A DNA stretch of 61,764 bases, filler included, from Nitrospinota bacterium (GTDB lineage: Bacteria > JAUXIQ01), in assembly GCA_030620925.1 (NCBI GenBank). It is 8 parts of 8 records of this genome, joined end to end, with 100 filler letters (N's around TTAATTAATTAA, not from the genome) between each part and the next. Parts side by side here need not be neighbours in the genome. Positions count along the whole stretch, not along the records: positions 4,759 to 9,356 come from JAUXIQ010000215.1; positions 9,457 to 33,910 come from JAUXIQ010000002.1; 6 more parts are not named here. One strand, written 5' to 3'. The notes under the pieces are model-generated. The model was not told the origin of the DNA. It ran no database searches and worked only from the letters and a program-made list of their open reading frames with translations. Positions 8,621 to 18,923 of the stretch are shown here, piece after piece (positions within the stretch are counted from its first letter, which is position 1; each line of letters opens with the position of its first letter). A program made the position numbers and the translations under genes.

Positions 8621-9356
8621 ATGCTTATCGACTGCCACATCCACGTGGATTCCTACCGGGATGAAGACCTGAAAGGCGCTCTACAGCGTGCGCAGGCCAG
8701 TGGAGTCACCAAGTTCATCGGTGTCAGCGAAAGCTTGGTTTCCGCCAAGCTCACAGTGGCGGCGGCGGTAGAGAACGATGGGCTCTATGCAGGGGTGGGA
8801 ATTCATCCCTGGCAAGCTGACACGGTGGAAGCTGATACTTTACAACAACTTGAGGAAGTGGCTCAAAGCACCGATAAAGTTATATGTATAGGAGAAATAG
8901 GGCTCGATTACCAGGAAGCACAGCAGCCGGGCCCGGATGAAGCAATACCCCTGGCCCCCACCAGGCAGGTAGGGACGGTGGTGCAGCAGGAGGTCTTTGC
9001 GGAATTGATAAAACTCGCTAAAGCGTTGCAATTGCCTCTCAACGTCCACAGTCACAGGACATCATCCAAGGATATCCTGGAGATTCTTGCCGGAGAGGGC
9101 GCTGACGATGTGGGAGGGATGATTCACGGTTACCAGGCCAATGCAAAGTGGGCCGCACAAGCCTGGGAAATGGGTTTCTACGTATCGATTGGGCTTCCCA
9201 GCGTGCACCCTGATGCGGATCGTCTCCGCTCGGTTCTGAAGGATATTCCGCTGGAGCAGATGCTGCTGGACAGCGATTCTCCGGCCACGCTCATCAAAAC
9301 CGGCGAAGCCGAATATCCCAATGATATGGACAAGCGTAACGAGCCCATGAACCTCA
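8621..9356 (+). CDS. TatD family hydrolase (3' truncated)
   Basis: LIDCHIH, GIHPW, IGEIGLDY, LNVH, MIHG, LLDSDSP. Confidence 0.9.
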
Positions 9357-9535
9357 NNNNNNNNNNNNNNNNNNNNNNNNNNNNNNNNNNNNNNNNNNNN
9401 TTAATTAATTAANNNNNNNNNNNNNNNNNNNNNNNNNNNNNNNNNNNNNNNNNNNNATCCGCGCGGGTCTCGCGCAATTACGGATTTTTATTAACCGCTT
9501 TACCGCCCCTACAAATCTGTGGTAACACTGGTAAC

Positions 9536-10396
9536 ATGGTTAACAAAAAACTCATAACTCGCTCCGAATTTGCCCGCCTCGTTTCCGTGTCCGCCGCTTC
9601 GGTGACGAAAGCCTGCGATAGGTCCCTCCTGCCTGCTTGTGTGGGGAAAAAGATAGACTTAAATCATGCAGCGACTAAAAAGTATCTCAAGAAAAAGAAG
9701 GACGAAGCGGACGAAGAGATCCTTGCGACCGGTTTGGACTCAAGATACGAAGAGGCGATACAGCACTGTAGAGAGACGGGCAAATATTCCGAGCGGTCTA
9801 TCTCCCTCGGGCTGGAAATTTCCCGCCCCAGGGCCAAGAAAATAGTGGGTATGATGAAAGCGGCTGGAGTTGTACCCGAAAAAGGGGAGCCCCCACCGAT
9901 AATTAAGCGGCCCGCCAGAGTCATAAAAGGCCATACTGCCAAAAGGAACACCAAAAAAGCCGAAGCCCTCCAGAAGATAGAGCCCCCTGGCGTAGAACAC
10001 GGGAGCACCGTCCACGAGATCCCAGCCGAGATAGAGAAGTTTGTGGACATGACTCTCCGGGAGCTTATCGCCCGCTTCGGCACGGATTATGCCTTCAATG
10101 ACTGGTTGAAAGCCACAAAATCCATTGAGGACATAAACGAGAAGCGCCTGAAAAATGCCCAGACCCGGGGGGAGCTGGTAAACCGGGACTTGATCCAGGT
10201 TGGGGTCATAGAACCAATTGACTCCGTTTTTATAAACCTCCTAAGTGATTGCTCCCGGACACTCGCTACCCGGGTCCCAGTCCTATCAAAGAGTGGGGAA
10301 ACCGCCATTGAAATAGAACGGTATATCTCGGGCTACATAGGGAAATTTATCAATCGGGCTAAAGCCGATATAAAAAAGGTTTTACAAAATGCATAG
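9536..10396 (+). CDS. Probable terminase small subunit
   Basis: N-terminal HTH (ITRSEFARLVSVSAASVTK), RGELVNRD motif as in Nu1-like proteins; overlaps the large terminase start. Confidence 0.65.
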   Translation: MVNKKLITRSEFARLVSVSAASVTKACDRSLLPACVGKKIDLNHAATKKYLKKKKDEADEEILATGLDSRYEEAIQHCRETGKYSERSISLGLEISRPRAKKIVGMMKAAGVVPEKGEPPPIIKRPARVIKGHTAKRNTKKAEALQKIEPPGVEHGSTVHEIPAEIEKFVDMTLRELIARFGTDYAFNDWLKATKSIEDINEKRLKNAQTRGELVNRDLIQVGVIEPIDSVFINLLSDCSRTLATRVPVLSKSGETAIEIERYISGYIGKFINRAKADIKKVLQNA

Positions 10397-12380
10397 CATA
10401 AGCCACGTAGGCTCCGATTGGTTGCTCGACCAGATATCCGACCTAACCGAAAACATAGAGCACATAACACCGGTTGAGTTCAATGAGGCCTACCGATATT
10501 TACCGAAATCTGTAACGGCGATTTCGGGTCCGCTGAGTTATGACGTCAACCCCTTTATGCGGGAAATAGTAAACTGCGCGGACGTAAACTCGCCAGTGCG
10601 GGAGGTAAGTTTAAAGAAGGGTGTTCAGATAACATACTCGACCCTTCTTGAGTCTATCGCCTTGTATTTCATAGCCCATATAAAAACCGACCCCATGATG
10701 TACGTATCTGCCGACAAAGAGCTCGCCAACGCCCGTATTGAAAATAACTTTATCCCCATGTTGAACCACTCAGGTTTTGGGGACAGCATCCGGTCAAGCG
10801 ATACCGGGAATACCCGAAAGACCGGAAAAACTAAAGACCACCTGCAGTTTGTAGGCGGCGCATATTTGGTCCCCTTTGGAGCGAAGAACTCCGATAAAAT
10901 GCGAATGTACTCGATGCTGTTAATGATGAAAGATGAGATAGATGCCTGGCCGCTGACCGTGGGAAAAGATGGGGATCCCGACAAGCTGACGGACGCGAGG
11001 TGCCGAGGGTACTGGGAGCGCCGGAAAATTTTCCGAGGGAGCACCCCAACCATCAAGGGCGTGTCTAAGATCGATGCGGCATACCTACGGGGGGACCAAC
11101 GAAAATACATGGTTAATTGTAAAAAGTGCGGGTTTCCGCAGGAACTGCGGTGGCATACCTTAAACAATGAGACCGGAGTAGAAGGGGGTTTTAAGTGGGA
11201 CCTGGAAGACGGGGTTTTAGACCTTGAGTCAGTGCGGTATTGCTGCCAGCATTGTGCGGAGCCCCATTTTGAGCACGACAAAGAGCGGCTGTTCTCAGAA
11301 AAATATGGGGCCGAATGGGTGCCCACAGCCCGGCCCCAGGAGCCGAATATCCGGTCGTACCACCTACCCGCTTTTTATTCCCCCATTGGCATGGCCCCGT
11401 GGTACTCACTCGTAGCGGATTACCTCGAGTGTTACGATGTGTTTACTAAAAAAGTTATAGATATTGGTAAATACCAAGTATTCTACAACAACATTCTGGC
11501 CGAGCCGTTCAAGATCACAGGGGCGACGATACGTCTTACTCACGTATCTCCGCACCGCCGAGCGGTTTACCGATTTGGGGAGATCCCGAACACCTACGCT
11601 GGAAAGTACAGCGGCTCCCCCGTCCTCCTCCTTACCTGCCAGGTGGATGTCCATAAGAACTTTTTGGCTGTATCAGTTAAAGGGTGGTGCCGGGATTCTA
11701 TCTGCTACATTATAGATTACTTTAGACTCGAGCATAGTGGAGATGAGGAGGACGACGGGTGCGCGGGGGTAACGAGTCCTACCTGGGGGCAGCTCCGGAA
11801 AATTATTGAGGAAAAAGAATACGTCGCGGACGACGGCAAAAAGTACCGCATAATCCGAACCCTGATTGACGCGGGATACGCTAACGACACCGTTACAACT
11901 TTCTGCTCTGACTATTCCTCCGGGGTTTACCCGGTTTTGGGCCGAGAGCGCCCCGCAAAAAACCAGAAAATAACAGAGTTTGCTGAGTTCAAGACCCAGT
12001 CTGGGACCCTCGGGTATAGGATCCTGGTTGACCACTATAAAGACCGGCTGGCCCCCGTGCTGCGGAGAGAGTGGGCGGAGGAGGAGGGGCCGCAGAAACC
12101 CTACCATTTTAACGCCCCCGTAGATATAACAGACAAGCAGCTTACAGAGCTTACCAAGGAAATACGTCGAGAGAAAAAAGACGACAGAGGGACGGTAACC
12201 TACGAATGGTACCGCCCCGGCAACGCCCGGAACGAGCTGTGGGACTTAGCGGTATATGGCTATTGTGGAGTTGAGATCCTCGCCTGGAACCTATGCATTG
12301 AGCACTTCAAACTCGAAAAGATAGACTGGGGGCAGTTCTGGGAGTATATCGAAAAAGAAAAACTTTACTTTGTTGAATAG
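10389..12380 (+). CDS. Terminase large subunit, lambda GpA type
   Basis: KKGVQITYST Walker A variant, MKDEID Walker B, GSTPT, CKKC/CQHC Zn motifs, QVDVH nuclease Asp, RNELWDL. Confidence 0.93.
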   Translation: MHSISHVGSDWLLDQISDLTENIEHITPVEFNEAYRYLPKSVTAISGPLSYDVNPFMREIVNCADVNSPVREVSLKKGVQITYSTLLESIALYFIAHIKTDPMMYVSADKELANARIENNFIPMLNHSGFGDSIRSSDTGNTRKTGKTKDHLQFVGGAYLVPFGAKNSDKMRMYSMLLMMKDEIDAWPLTVGKDGDPDKLTDARCRGYWERRKIFRGSTPTIKGVSKIDAAYLRGDQRKYMVNCKKCGFPQELRWHTLNNETGVEGGFKWDLEDGVLDLESVRYCCQHCAEPHFEHDKERLFSEKYGAEWVPTARPQEPNIRSYHLPAFYSPIGMAPWYSLVADYLECYDVFTKKVIDIGKYQVFYNNILAEPFKITGATIRLTHVSPHRRAVYRFGEIPNTYAGKYSGSPVLLLTCQVDVHKNFLAVSVKGWCRDSICYIIDYFRLEHSGDEEDDGCAGVTSPTWGQLRKIIEEKEYVADDGKKYRIIRTLIDAGYANDTVTTFCSDYSSGVYPVLGRERPAKNQKITEFAEFKTQSGTLGYRILVDHYKDRLAPVLRREWAEEEGPQKPYHFNAPVDITDKQLTELTKEIRREKKDDRGTVTYEWYRPGNARNELWDLAVYGYCGVEILAWNLCIEHFKLEKIDWGQFWEYIEKEKLYFVE

Positions 12381-12397
12381 TTGGGTATATTAACGCT

Positions 12398-12652
12398 ATG
12401 GACATACTTTTCGTACAGGCCCGTATCGACGCCACAAAACTTCTGATTGTAGCCTACGAAGACGCCGCCCTCGCCGTCGGTTCCGGTGGGGTAGAGTCCT
12501 ACACGCTCGACACCGGGCAGAGCCGGCAAACGGTAACTAAACTCGATCTCGATAAACTCAACACCACAATTGACAGCCTATACAACCGATGTGCAACGCT
12601 TGAAGCTCGCCTAACCGGTTCCGGATCGCTGACTGTGAGGCCTGCATGGTAA
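12398..12652 (+). CDS. Head completion / gpW-like protein
   Basis: 84 aa between terminase and portal; SYTLDTGQSRQTVT hairpin typical of gpW-like adaptors. Confidence 0.65.
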   Translation: MDILFVQARIDATKLLIVAYEDAALAVGSGGVESYTLDTGQSRQTVTKLDLDKLNTTIDSLYNRCATLEARLTGSGSLTVRPAW

Positions 12653-14301
12653 GAGACTTAGCCCAAAAAGCCATAGACAGTTTATACTACAGGTTCCACC
12701 CCCCGGAAGAGCCGGCCAAAGCGATTACCCCGGACGACATGAACCCTTTTGCTATGGCCACCCCTTTGTCTGTACTTTCTGATTTTAACGGGGACAAATT
12801 TCCCGGGGGCTTCGGGCCTACTCAACTATTCACGATGGACTACTGGACCCTGCGGGCGAGATCTTCCCAACTATTCGAGGAAAATCTGTACGCCCGGGGC
12901 CTTGTTCGGCGATTGATAACCAACGAAATAAACACCGGGCTCGCCCCGGAGGCTTCCCCGAACGAGGAGATAATAGGCGTCGCCGAGGATAGTTTAGCAG
13001 ACTGGACCGAAATGGTAGAGAACAGGTTCGCTATCTGGGCTAAGAATCCGGCGGTTTGTGACTGGTCTCATCAAGATACCTTCGGGGCTAAGCAGCGGGC
13101 CGCACGGCTGGAGGCTTTAGTTGCTGGGGACGTGCTCTGCGTGCTTAGGGTAAACCCTAAAACAAAGCTCCCGGCGGTCCAGCTTATCCGAGGTGAAAAA
13201 GTAAGATCCCCTTTCGACTCGGCTGGGAGAGTACGAAAAGGGAATAAAATAACCGAAGGTGTCGAAACTGACCCCAACGGCCGACAGGTTGCGTACTGGG
13301 TAACCCAGGAAGACGGAAGCAGCAAGAGGCTCCCGGCATTCGGAGAGAAATCAAAGCGCCGTATTGCCTGGCTCGTCTACGGAACAGAGCACCGGATAGG
13401 CGAGGTGCGGGGAACTCCACTCCTTTCCCTCGTGCTCCAGTCCCTCAAAGAAATTGATCGATACCGAGACTCTACCCAGCGTAAGGCTGTTATAAACTCC
13501 ATTCTCGCCATGTTCATCGAGAAAGGTGAGGGTAAAATGGGGACGCTTCCCGTTCAGGGGGGCGCTGTACGTAACAGCAAGGTCGAAGTGACGGACAGTG
13601 ACGGCACAAGCCGGGATTTTACAATGTCAAGCCAGATCCCCGGGCTGGTAATGCAGGAGCTCCAGACAGGTGAAAAACCCGTGGCTTTCAGGTCGCAGGG
13701 AACCGAAGAAAGTTTCGGTGTTTTCGAGTCGGCGGTAATGCAGGCGGTAGCGTGGGCCAATGAGATGCCCCCTGAGATCTTGACACTGGCTTTCTCGAAC
13801 AATTACTCCGCATCCCAGGCGGCTATAAACGAATTTAAAATTTACCTCAATAAAATATGGGGCGAGTTCGGGGACGCGTTCTGCGCACCCATCTACGTCG
13901 AGTGGATGCTGTCCGAAACGCTTCTCGGGAACATAAACGCCCCAGGACTGTTAGAGGCCTGGCGTGATCCAGCCCAGTATGCCACTTTCGGGGCTTGGGT
14001 ATGGGCCGACTGGTATGGGTCCATAAAACCCTCTACAGATATGCTGAAGCAGGTAAAAGGTAGCGAAAAGGCCATAGCGAACGGGCTAACAACCCGTGGA
14101 CGTGAGTCCCGGGGGCTCACAGGCTCTAAGTTCACAAACAATGTTAAAAAACTTAAGCGGGAAAACGCCCTACTGGCGGACGCCGCGAGACCCATGATGG
14201 AACTCGAAGCAGAGTTCGGGCCGGCTATAGCGGCGAGGGCGATTGTTGCGCTTGAAGATGCCACGGCTGACCTTTTAGAAAGGACGGAAGATGGAATGTG
14301 A
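12646..14301 (+). CDS. Phage portal protein, lambda family
   Basis: LRARSSQL...NLYARG, GEVRGTPLL, NYSASQAA motifs; 551 aa. Confidence 0.92.
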   Translation: MVRDLAQKAIDSLYYRFHPPEEPAKAITPDDMNPFAMATPLSVLSDFNGDKFPGGFGPTQLFTMDYWTLRARSSQLFEENLYARGLVRRLITNEINTGLAPEASPNEEIIGVAEDSLADWTEMVENRFAIWAKNPAVCDWSHQDTFGAKQRAARLEALVAGDVLCVLRVNPKTKLPAVQLIRGEKVRSPFDSAGRVRKGNKITEGVETDPNGRQVAYWVTQEDGSSKRLPAFGEKSKRRIAWLVYGTEHRIGEVRGTPLLSLVLQSLKEIDRYRDSTQRKAVINSILAMFIEKGEGKMGTLPVQGGAVRNSKVEVTDSDGTSRDFTMSSQIPGLVMQELQTGEKPVAFRSQGTEESFGVFESAVMQAVAWANEMPPEILTLAFSNNYSASQAAINEFKIYLNKIWGEFGDAFCAPIYVEWMLSETLLGNINAPGLLEAWRDPAQYATFGAWVWADWYGSIKPSTDMLKQVKGSEKAIANGLTTRGRESRGLTGSKFTNNVKKLKRENALLADAARPMMELEAEFGPAIAARAIVALEDATADLLERTEDGM

Positions 14302-15091
14302 TACACTGATTTTTCAGCAAAACCAGTCTAAGATAGACTTTTCCAGTGCGGTATCCATGGGCTTGGTCAAAGGTGTTATCCCGGAAAATAAATTCGGGCA
14401 TTGCCCGGACGCAGCCGCCGTCGCCACCGACGTGTGGGAACGGGGCGCAGCCCAGCCCCTATATATCTTCCCCGACAGTAGTGGGGAAGCCTTAGAAATG
14501 GTTTCCGCGAATGCTTTAGACACACAGGAAATTGTGGTTATAGGTTTGGACGAAGCCGGGATAGAGAAAGTCGAAGTACTCGCGTTAACAGGTACCACAC
14601 CTGTACCCCTCCCTGGGCTATGGTCAGCAGTAAACCGGGCTTTCAATGACGGCAGCACACCTGTACTGGGCGAGGTATTGGTTCAAGGAGACGGGACCAC
14701 CAGCATTAACATTTTCGCGGCAGTGTGCAGTGTATGCCAGCAGACGTCCCAGGCAATATACACAGTGCCGTCTAATAAAGTGGCGGTGGTACGAAGTTTT
14801 GTGGCTACAATGAACAAGCCTTTAGGGGCTACTGTCGCCGCAATTTTCGCCCTACAAACCGCCCGCCCAGGTAAAGTTTTTAGAACCCAGGCGCGTTTTG
14901 GGCTACAGGAAAATGGGACCAGTAACCAAAGTTTTGATCTGCCCGTCTCAGGACTCGCGGGTCCTTCTTTTAAAATTAAATTCGTGGCGGAACCCAGTTC
15001 CGGCCCGGCGGACCTTTCGGCACAGTTCTCCCTATTAATCGTAGAAAAAGAACTGATTCCGAAGAATGTTTTAGCGGCTTTAGGAGCGTAA
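14291..15091 (+). CDS. Hypothetical phage protein between portal and protease
   Basis: 266-aa ORF coupled to both neighbours; beta-rich; KFG...DVW...IGLD pattern. Confidence 0.7.
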   Translation: MECDTLIFQQNQSKIDFSSAVSMGLVKGVIPENKFGHCPDAAAVATDVWERGAAQPLYIFPDSSGEALEMVSANALDTQEIVVIGLDEAGIEKVEVLALTGTTPVPLPGLWSAVNRAFNDGSTPVLGEVLVQGDGTTSINIFAAVCSVCQQTSQAIYTVPSNKVAVVRSFVATMNKPLGATVAAIFALQTARPGKVFRTQARFGLQENGTSNQSFDLPVSGLAGPSFKIKFVAEPSSGPADLSAQFSLLIVEKELIPKNVLAALGA

Positions 15092-15094
15092 AAT

Positions 15095-16150
15095 ATGGCT
15101 AAAAAAGTTACACTCGAAGGCGAAATCGGAGGGGAGGTCGGCACCTGGGAGGTCAAGAACTTACTCAGGGAAGCAGGCGGTGAAGATATTCTTGTGAACT
15201 TCGCCTCCCCCGGCGGCTCCGTATTCACTGGCCTTAAAATATTCAACCTCTTTAAAATGTACGAAGGCAATGTAGACTTCCACCTCATCGGGGAAGCCGC
15301 AAGCATGGGCTCCTATATCCCACTGGCCGGACGTAGGATAACAGCCGAGCCCAATGTGGTCTACATGATACATAACGCCCGCTCGTTCGCCGGCGGGGAC
15401 CACAACGCGCTGAGGAAAAGGGCGGATATAGTAGAAGGTCTTTCCAGTTTGCTAAAAAACGAGTATGTTAAACGTACAGGCATGGCCGAGTCTAAAGTCC
15501 GGGCCATGATGGACGCCGAGACTTTCCTGTTTGGACCAGCAGCGGTAGAAGCTGGGTTCATAGACGAGATTATAGGCGAGCCAGACGCCGACCCGAACGC
15601 AAAAAGCATACACGTAGCGACAGCGAAAGAAGCGTTCGAGGCGTGTATGACTAAATTACAAAATGAGAAAGCGGACGATTACGAAAAAGCCGCTGCCATG
15701 CTTATAGACCCCGTGGCCCGCACGCGCACGGAACCTGAAACCTCGGCAACCGGGGAAATTGAAAAGGGGCAAACGATTATGACACTTGCAGAACTTAAAG
15801 CGCAACACCCGGAACTCTGCGCGGCACTGCTCAAAGAGGGTGCCGAGGCCGAGAAGGACCGGGTAGGGGCATTTCTTGTCTTCGGAGAGGCTTCCGGGGA
15901 TATGAAAACCGCAATCGAAGCCATTAACAGCGGCTCGGAAATGACCGCAACACTATCCGCCAAGTTTACGATGGCGGCAGTTGCTAAAAGAGACACCCAG
16001 GACCGAACCACCGATGACACGGACGCGGCCGGCGCTCTCGACGAGGTTGATACCTCTACCGATGACAAAGCCAAGGACGCAACCGCAAACGCCGCTCTAA
16101 TGGCTAACGTCTCCGAAATCTGTGGAGTTGAACTGGGGGTGAAAAAATGA
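15095..16150 (+). CDS. ClpP-type prohead protease with C-terminal scaffold region
   Basis: SPGGSVF, AASMGS, YMIHNA, GFIDEI; MTLAELKAQHPEL scaffold-like segment. Confidence 0.9.
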   Translation: MAKKVTLEGEIGGEVGTWEVKNLLREAGGEDILVNFASPGGSVFTGLKIFNLFKMYEGNVDFHLIGEAASMGSYIPLAGRRITAEPNVVYMIHNARSFAGGDHNALRKRADIVEGLSSLLKNEYVKRTGMAESKVRAMMDAETFLFGPAAVEAGFIDEIIGEPDADPNAKSIHVATAKEAFEACMTKLQNEKADDYEKAAAMLIDPVARTRTEPETSATGEIEKGQTIMTLAELKAQHPELCAALLKEGAEAEKDRVGAFLVFGEASGDMKTAIEAINSGSEMTATLSAKFTMAAVAKRDTQDRTTDDTDAAGALDEVDTSTDDKAKDATANAALMANVSEICGVELGVKK

Positions 16151-16530
16151 TGGAAGTCACAAACAACGCCCCCGCCGGAATCGTGGTCTGGGAGCCGGTA
16201 TTTGACGCAGATACCCTTCTTGCCGCGGGCGCGGTAACTTATGCAGCCGGAACTCTTCTGGGCCGGATTACCGCGAGTGGTAAGCTCACTCACTATGCCT
16301 CGGGGAATGCCGACGGCTCCGAGATTCCGGTAGCGGTCCTGCTTGACGCCGAGGTATTTACGGGTGCGGGCGAGATCCCGTTCCGTCCGATACTTGCCGG
16401 CAGACTTAAAAGGGTTGATCTCGTAGCCCACGGCGTCGGCGCAATCACTCAGGCAGAAGCGGACCAGCTCAGGGACTACAGTATTATTGCCCTGTCTACC
16501 ACCCAGCTTGCATCCCTCGATAACCAGTAA
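16147..16530 (+). CDS. Head decoration protein
   Basis: GTLLGRITASGK...DGSEIPVAVL pattern; directly upstream of the major capsid gene. Confidence 0.85.
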   Translation: MMEVTNNAPAGIVVWEPVFDADTLLAAGAVTYAAGTLLGRITASGKLTHYASGNADGSEIPVAVLLDAEVFTGAGEIPFRPILAGRLKRVDLVAHGVGAITQAEADQLRDYSIIALSTTQLASLDNQ

Positions 16531-16542
16531 GGAGTACGGAAA

Positions 16543-17628
16543 ATGACGGTAGAAATTACAAGAGAAGGGTGGTTGCAGCTATACATCCAGATGCGGAGCC
16601 CTAACGGGTTCCTCTCCCGAATGTTTACAATCAAACCGGGCGGAGTTTACAACGGCGGTAAGGTCGCCATTGATATTCAGCGCTTCGGGGAACAGGTCGC
16701 CATTGCAATCAAAAAATGCACCGGCCCGAACCTGAACGACTTTGATATCTTCACCACTAAAGAGTTTGAACCCCCCTCGTACGGAGAGGCGTTTCCCTTG
16801 GACGTGTGCGACCTCGTAGACCGTATGGCCGGGGTTGACCCGTACACAGCGGCATACACGGAATACGCGGGCCAACTGGTGGCTAAAATGGCCCAGGGGT
16901 TCATACTCATCGACGACAAGATCAAGAGGGCCGTGGAGTTGCAGGCGTCTCAGATCCTCCAGACCGGAACACTGGTCCTCACGGACGAGAACGGCGCCAC
17001 GGTTTACGAGATCGACTTTAAGCCTAAGACTACACATTTCCCCACGGTTACCATCGACTGGGACCAGGCGACCTCTACCAAGATCGCCGACCTCCAGGCT
17101 CTGGCGAATATTATCCGGGCGGACGGTAGGATCGACCCCAACCGTCTCATTTTCGGAGAACTGGCCTTAAGTCTGTTTCTGTCGGATGAGGACATAAAAG
17201 CTCGGCTCGACAACCAGCGTATGGAGCTCGGACAGATCGCACCCGAGATGGTAGATTCGGGAGCCACCTTCTACGGCTTCGTCTGGGTCGGTACCTACCG
17301 GTTTGAAATCTGGGCGTATCCTGACACCTATGAGGACCCCCAGACGGGCGACCCAGTCAACTACGTTGGAACGGATAAGGTCATTATGACCTCTACCCGG
17401 ACCCGACTGGACATGGCCTCCGCGCGGGTTCCTCTGCCTCTCGGCCCTGATCCCCGTGTGGCGAATCTGGTTCCCGCTCGAATGAGTTCCAGGACTGACG
17501 GTTTCGACGTGACGCCCAACGTCTACACGACCCCGAACGGCAAGCAGATCATGGGCGAGCTTGAGTCGAGACCCCTCCTTATTCCGGTTCATATTGACGG
17601 GTTTGGCTGTTTGGACGTAATCGCGTAA
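16543..17628 (+). CDS. Major capsid protein, lambda gpE-like
   Basis: 361 aa; position; RAVELQASQILQTG and ESRPLLIP motifs; AAGGAG RBS. Confidence 0.88.
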   Translation: MTVEITREGWLQLYIQMRSPNGFLSRMFTIKPGGVYNGGKVAIDIQRFGEQVAIAIKKCTGPNLNDFDIFTTKEFEPPSYGEAFPLDVCDLVDRMAGVDPYTAAYTEYAGQLVAKMAQGFILIDDKIKRAVELQASQILQTGTLVLTDENGATVYEIDFKPKTTHFPTVTIDWDQATSTKIADLQALANIIRADGRIDPNRLIFGELALSLFLSDEDIKARLDNQRMELGQIAPEMVDSGATFYGFVWVGTYRFEIWAYPDTYEDPQTGDPVNYVGTDKVIMTSTRTRLDMASARVPLPLGPDPRVANLVPARMSSRTDGFDVTPNVYTTPNGKQIMGELESRPLLIPVHIDGFGCLDVIA

Positions 17629-17634
17629 ATTACC

Positions 17635-17659
17635 GCCCGGAACGGATGCCGTTCCGGGC
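17635..17659 (+). other. Perfect 11-bp hairpin after the capsid gene
   Basis: GCCCGGAACGG-ATG-CCGTTCCGGGC; no U-tract. Confidence 0.55.
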
Positions 17660-17671
17660 ATAGGAGATAGA

Positions 17672-17860
17672 ATGGCTAAAGAAAAAGTAGAGAAAAAAGT
17701 AGAGGTCAAAGCGTTCCCATTTTCAGTCGCTAAAGGTAAAGCCCTGACTACCAAACGGGGGATTCTCGGCGAAGGTAAAGAGGTCAAGCCCGAGTACGTA
17801 GCGGGCGGAGAGGCCACCCTCGCCCGGCTCACCGAAGCCGGGTATATTGTGAAAGGTTAA
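17672..17860 (+). CDS. Small hypothetical virion-associated protein
   Basis: AGGAG RBS, 62 aa, directly after the capsid gene. Confidence 0.7.
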   Translation: MAKEKVEKKVEVKAFPFSVAKGKALTTKRGILGEGKEVKPEYVAGGEATLARLTEAGYIVKG

Positions 17861-17863
17861 AGT

Positions 17864-18247
17864 ATGGGACTCCGGGAAATAGCAGAGGCGGACCTGTCGG
17901 TCATTCTGGCTGATAATCTGTGCGGTTTCAGCTGGCCGATCACGGTAACAGATCCGGCCGGGACTTCAGTTTCCCTCGGCGGGTTCTCGGATGATATCTC
18001 GCAGATTATCGATCCAGATACCGGGCAGGCAGTAAGCGGTCGGCTGGCTTCAGCGGCGCTCAGCATATCGGCCCTTACGGCCGCCGGGCTCGGCTTGCCT
18101 CAGGGGATAGCGGACTCGGGGTCCAAACCCTGGCTTGTGGCCTTCGATGACATTAACGGGAATCCTTTTACCTTTAAGGTCAGTAAGTCAAACCCAGATA
18201 GGGCGCTGGGCGTCGTGATATGCCTCTTGGAGCTGTACACCGCATGA
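17864..18247 (+). CDS. Probable head-tail joining protein
   Basis: 127 aa in the neck-gene position. Confidence 0.6.
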   Translation: MGLREIAEADLSVILADNLCGFSWPITVTDPAGTSVSLGGFSDDISQIIDPDTGQAVSGRLASAALSISALTAAGLGLPQGIADSGSKPWLVAFDDINGNPFTFKVSKSNPDRALGVVICLLELYTA

Positions 18248-18909
18248 TTGATATCCTAATAGACAAACAAGACTCGTTCGAGGTCGTCAGGGACCAATTA
18301 GCGGCCATTTTAGTTTCCGAAGTCGCAAACCAAATGGCCTTGGCAGTTACCGCCGGAAAAGATCCAGCCGAATGGGACCTCCGCATATTTACCGAACGGT
18401 CGAACCCGTGGGAGCAATTCCTGAACAACCAAACAGACCAAAGCCCCCTGGTAAACGTCTGGTACGACAACTCTAATTTTGACCCCAAGGCCAGCAACGT
18501 ATCGGAGCGCCAGAAAACCGAAGCGGTATTTAATATCGATTGTTACGGGTACGGTCGAAGCGCCGATATACCGGCCGGGGGTCACACCCCCGGGGATCAA
18601 GACGCAGCTTTTGAAGCCCAGAAAGCGTTACGGCTGGTTCGTAATATTTTAATGTCGGCCGACTACGCGTATCTCGGCCTAAGGAGCTTTGTGTGGTCCC
18701 GGTGGCCGCAGTCTATAACAGTTTTCCAACCCCAAATTGACGCCCGGCAAATGCAGCAAATAGTGGGCGCCCGGTTCGCACTCCGGGTAATTTTCAACGA
18801 GTTCGCCCCCCAGATAACGGGCGAGACCTTGGAATTGGTATCGATAGATGTTAAAAGAACAGAAGACGGTCAAGTAGTTATGGAGGCCGATTATATTTAC
18901 CCTTTGTAA
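18244..18909 (+). CDS. Probable neck / tail terminator protein
   Basis: ATGA overlap with the upstream gene; directly before the sheath gene. Confidence 0.6.
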   Translation: MIDILIDKQDSFEVVRDQLAAILVSEVANQMALAVTAGKDPAEWDLRIFTERSNPWEQFLNNQTDQSPLVNVWYDNSNFDPKASNVSERQKTEAVFNIDCYGYGRSADIPAGGHTPGDQDAAFEAQKALRLVRNILMSADYAYLGLRSFVWSRWPQSITVFQPQIDARQMQQIVGARFALRVIFNEFAPQITGETLELVSIDVKRTEDGQVVMEADYIYPL

Positions 18910-18923
18910 AAGGAGCATTAAAT

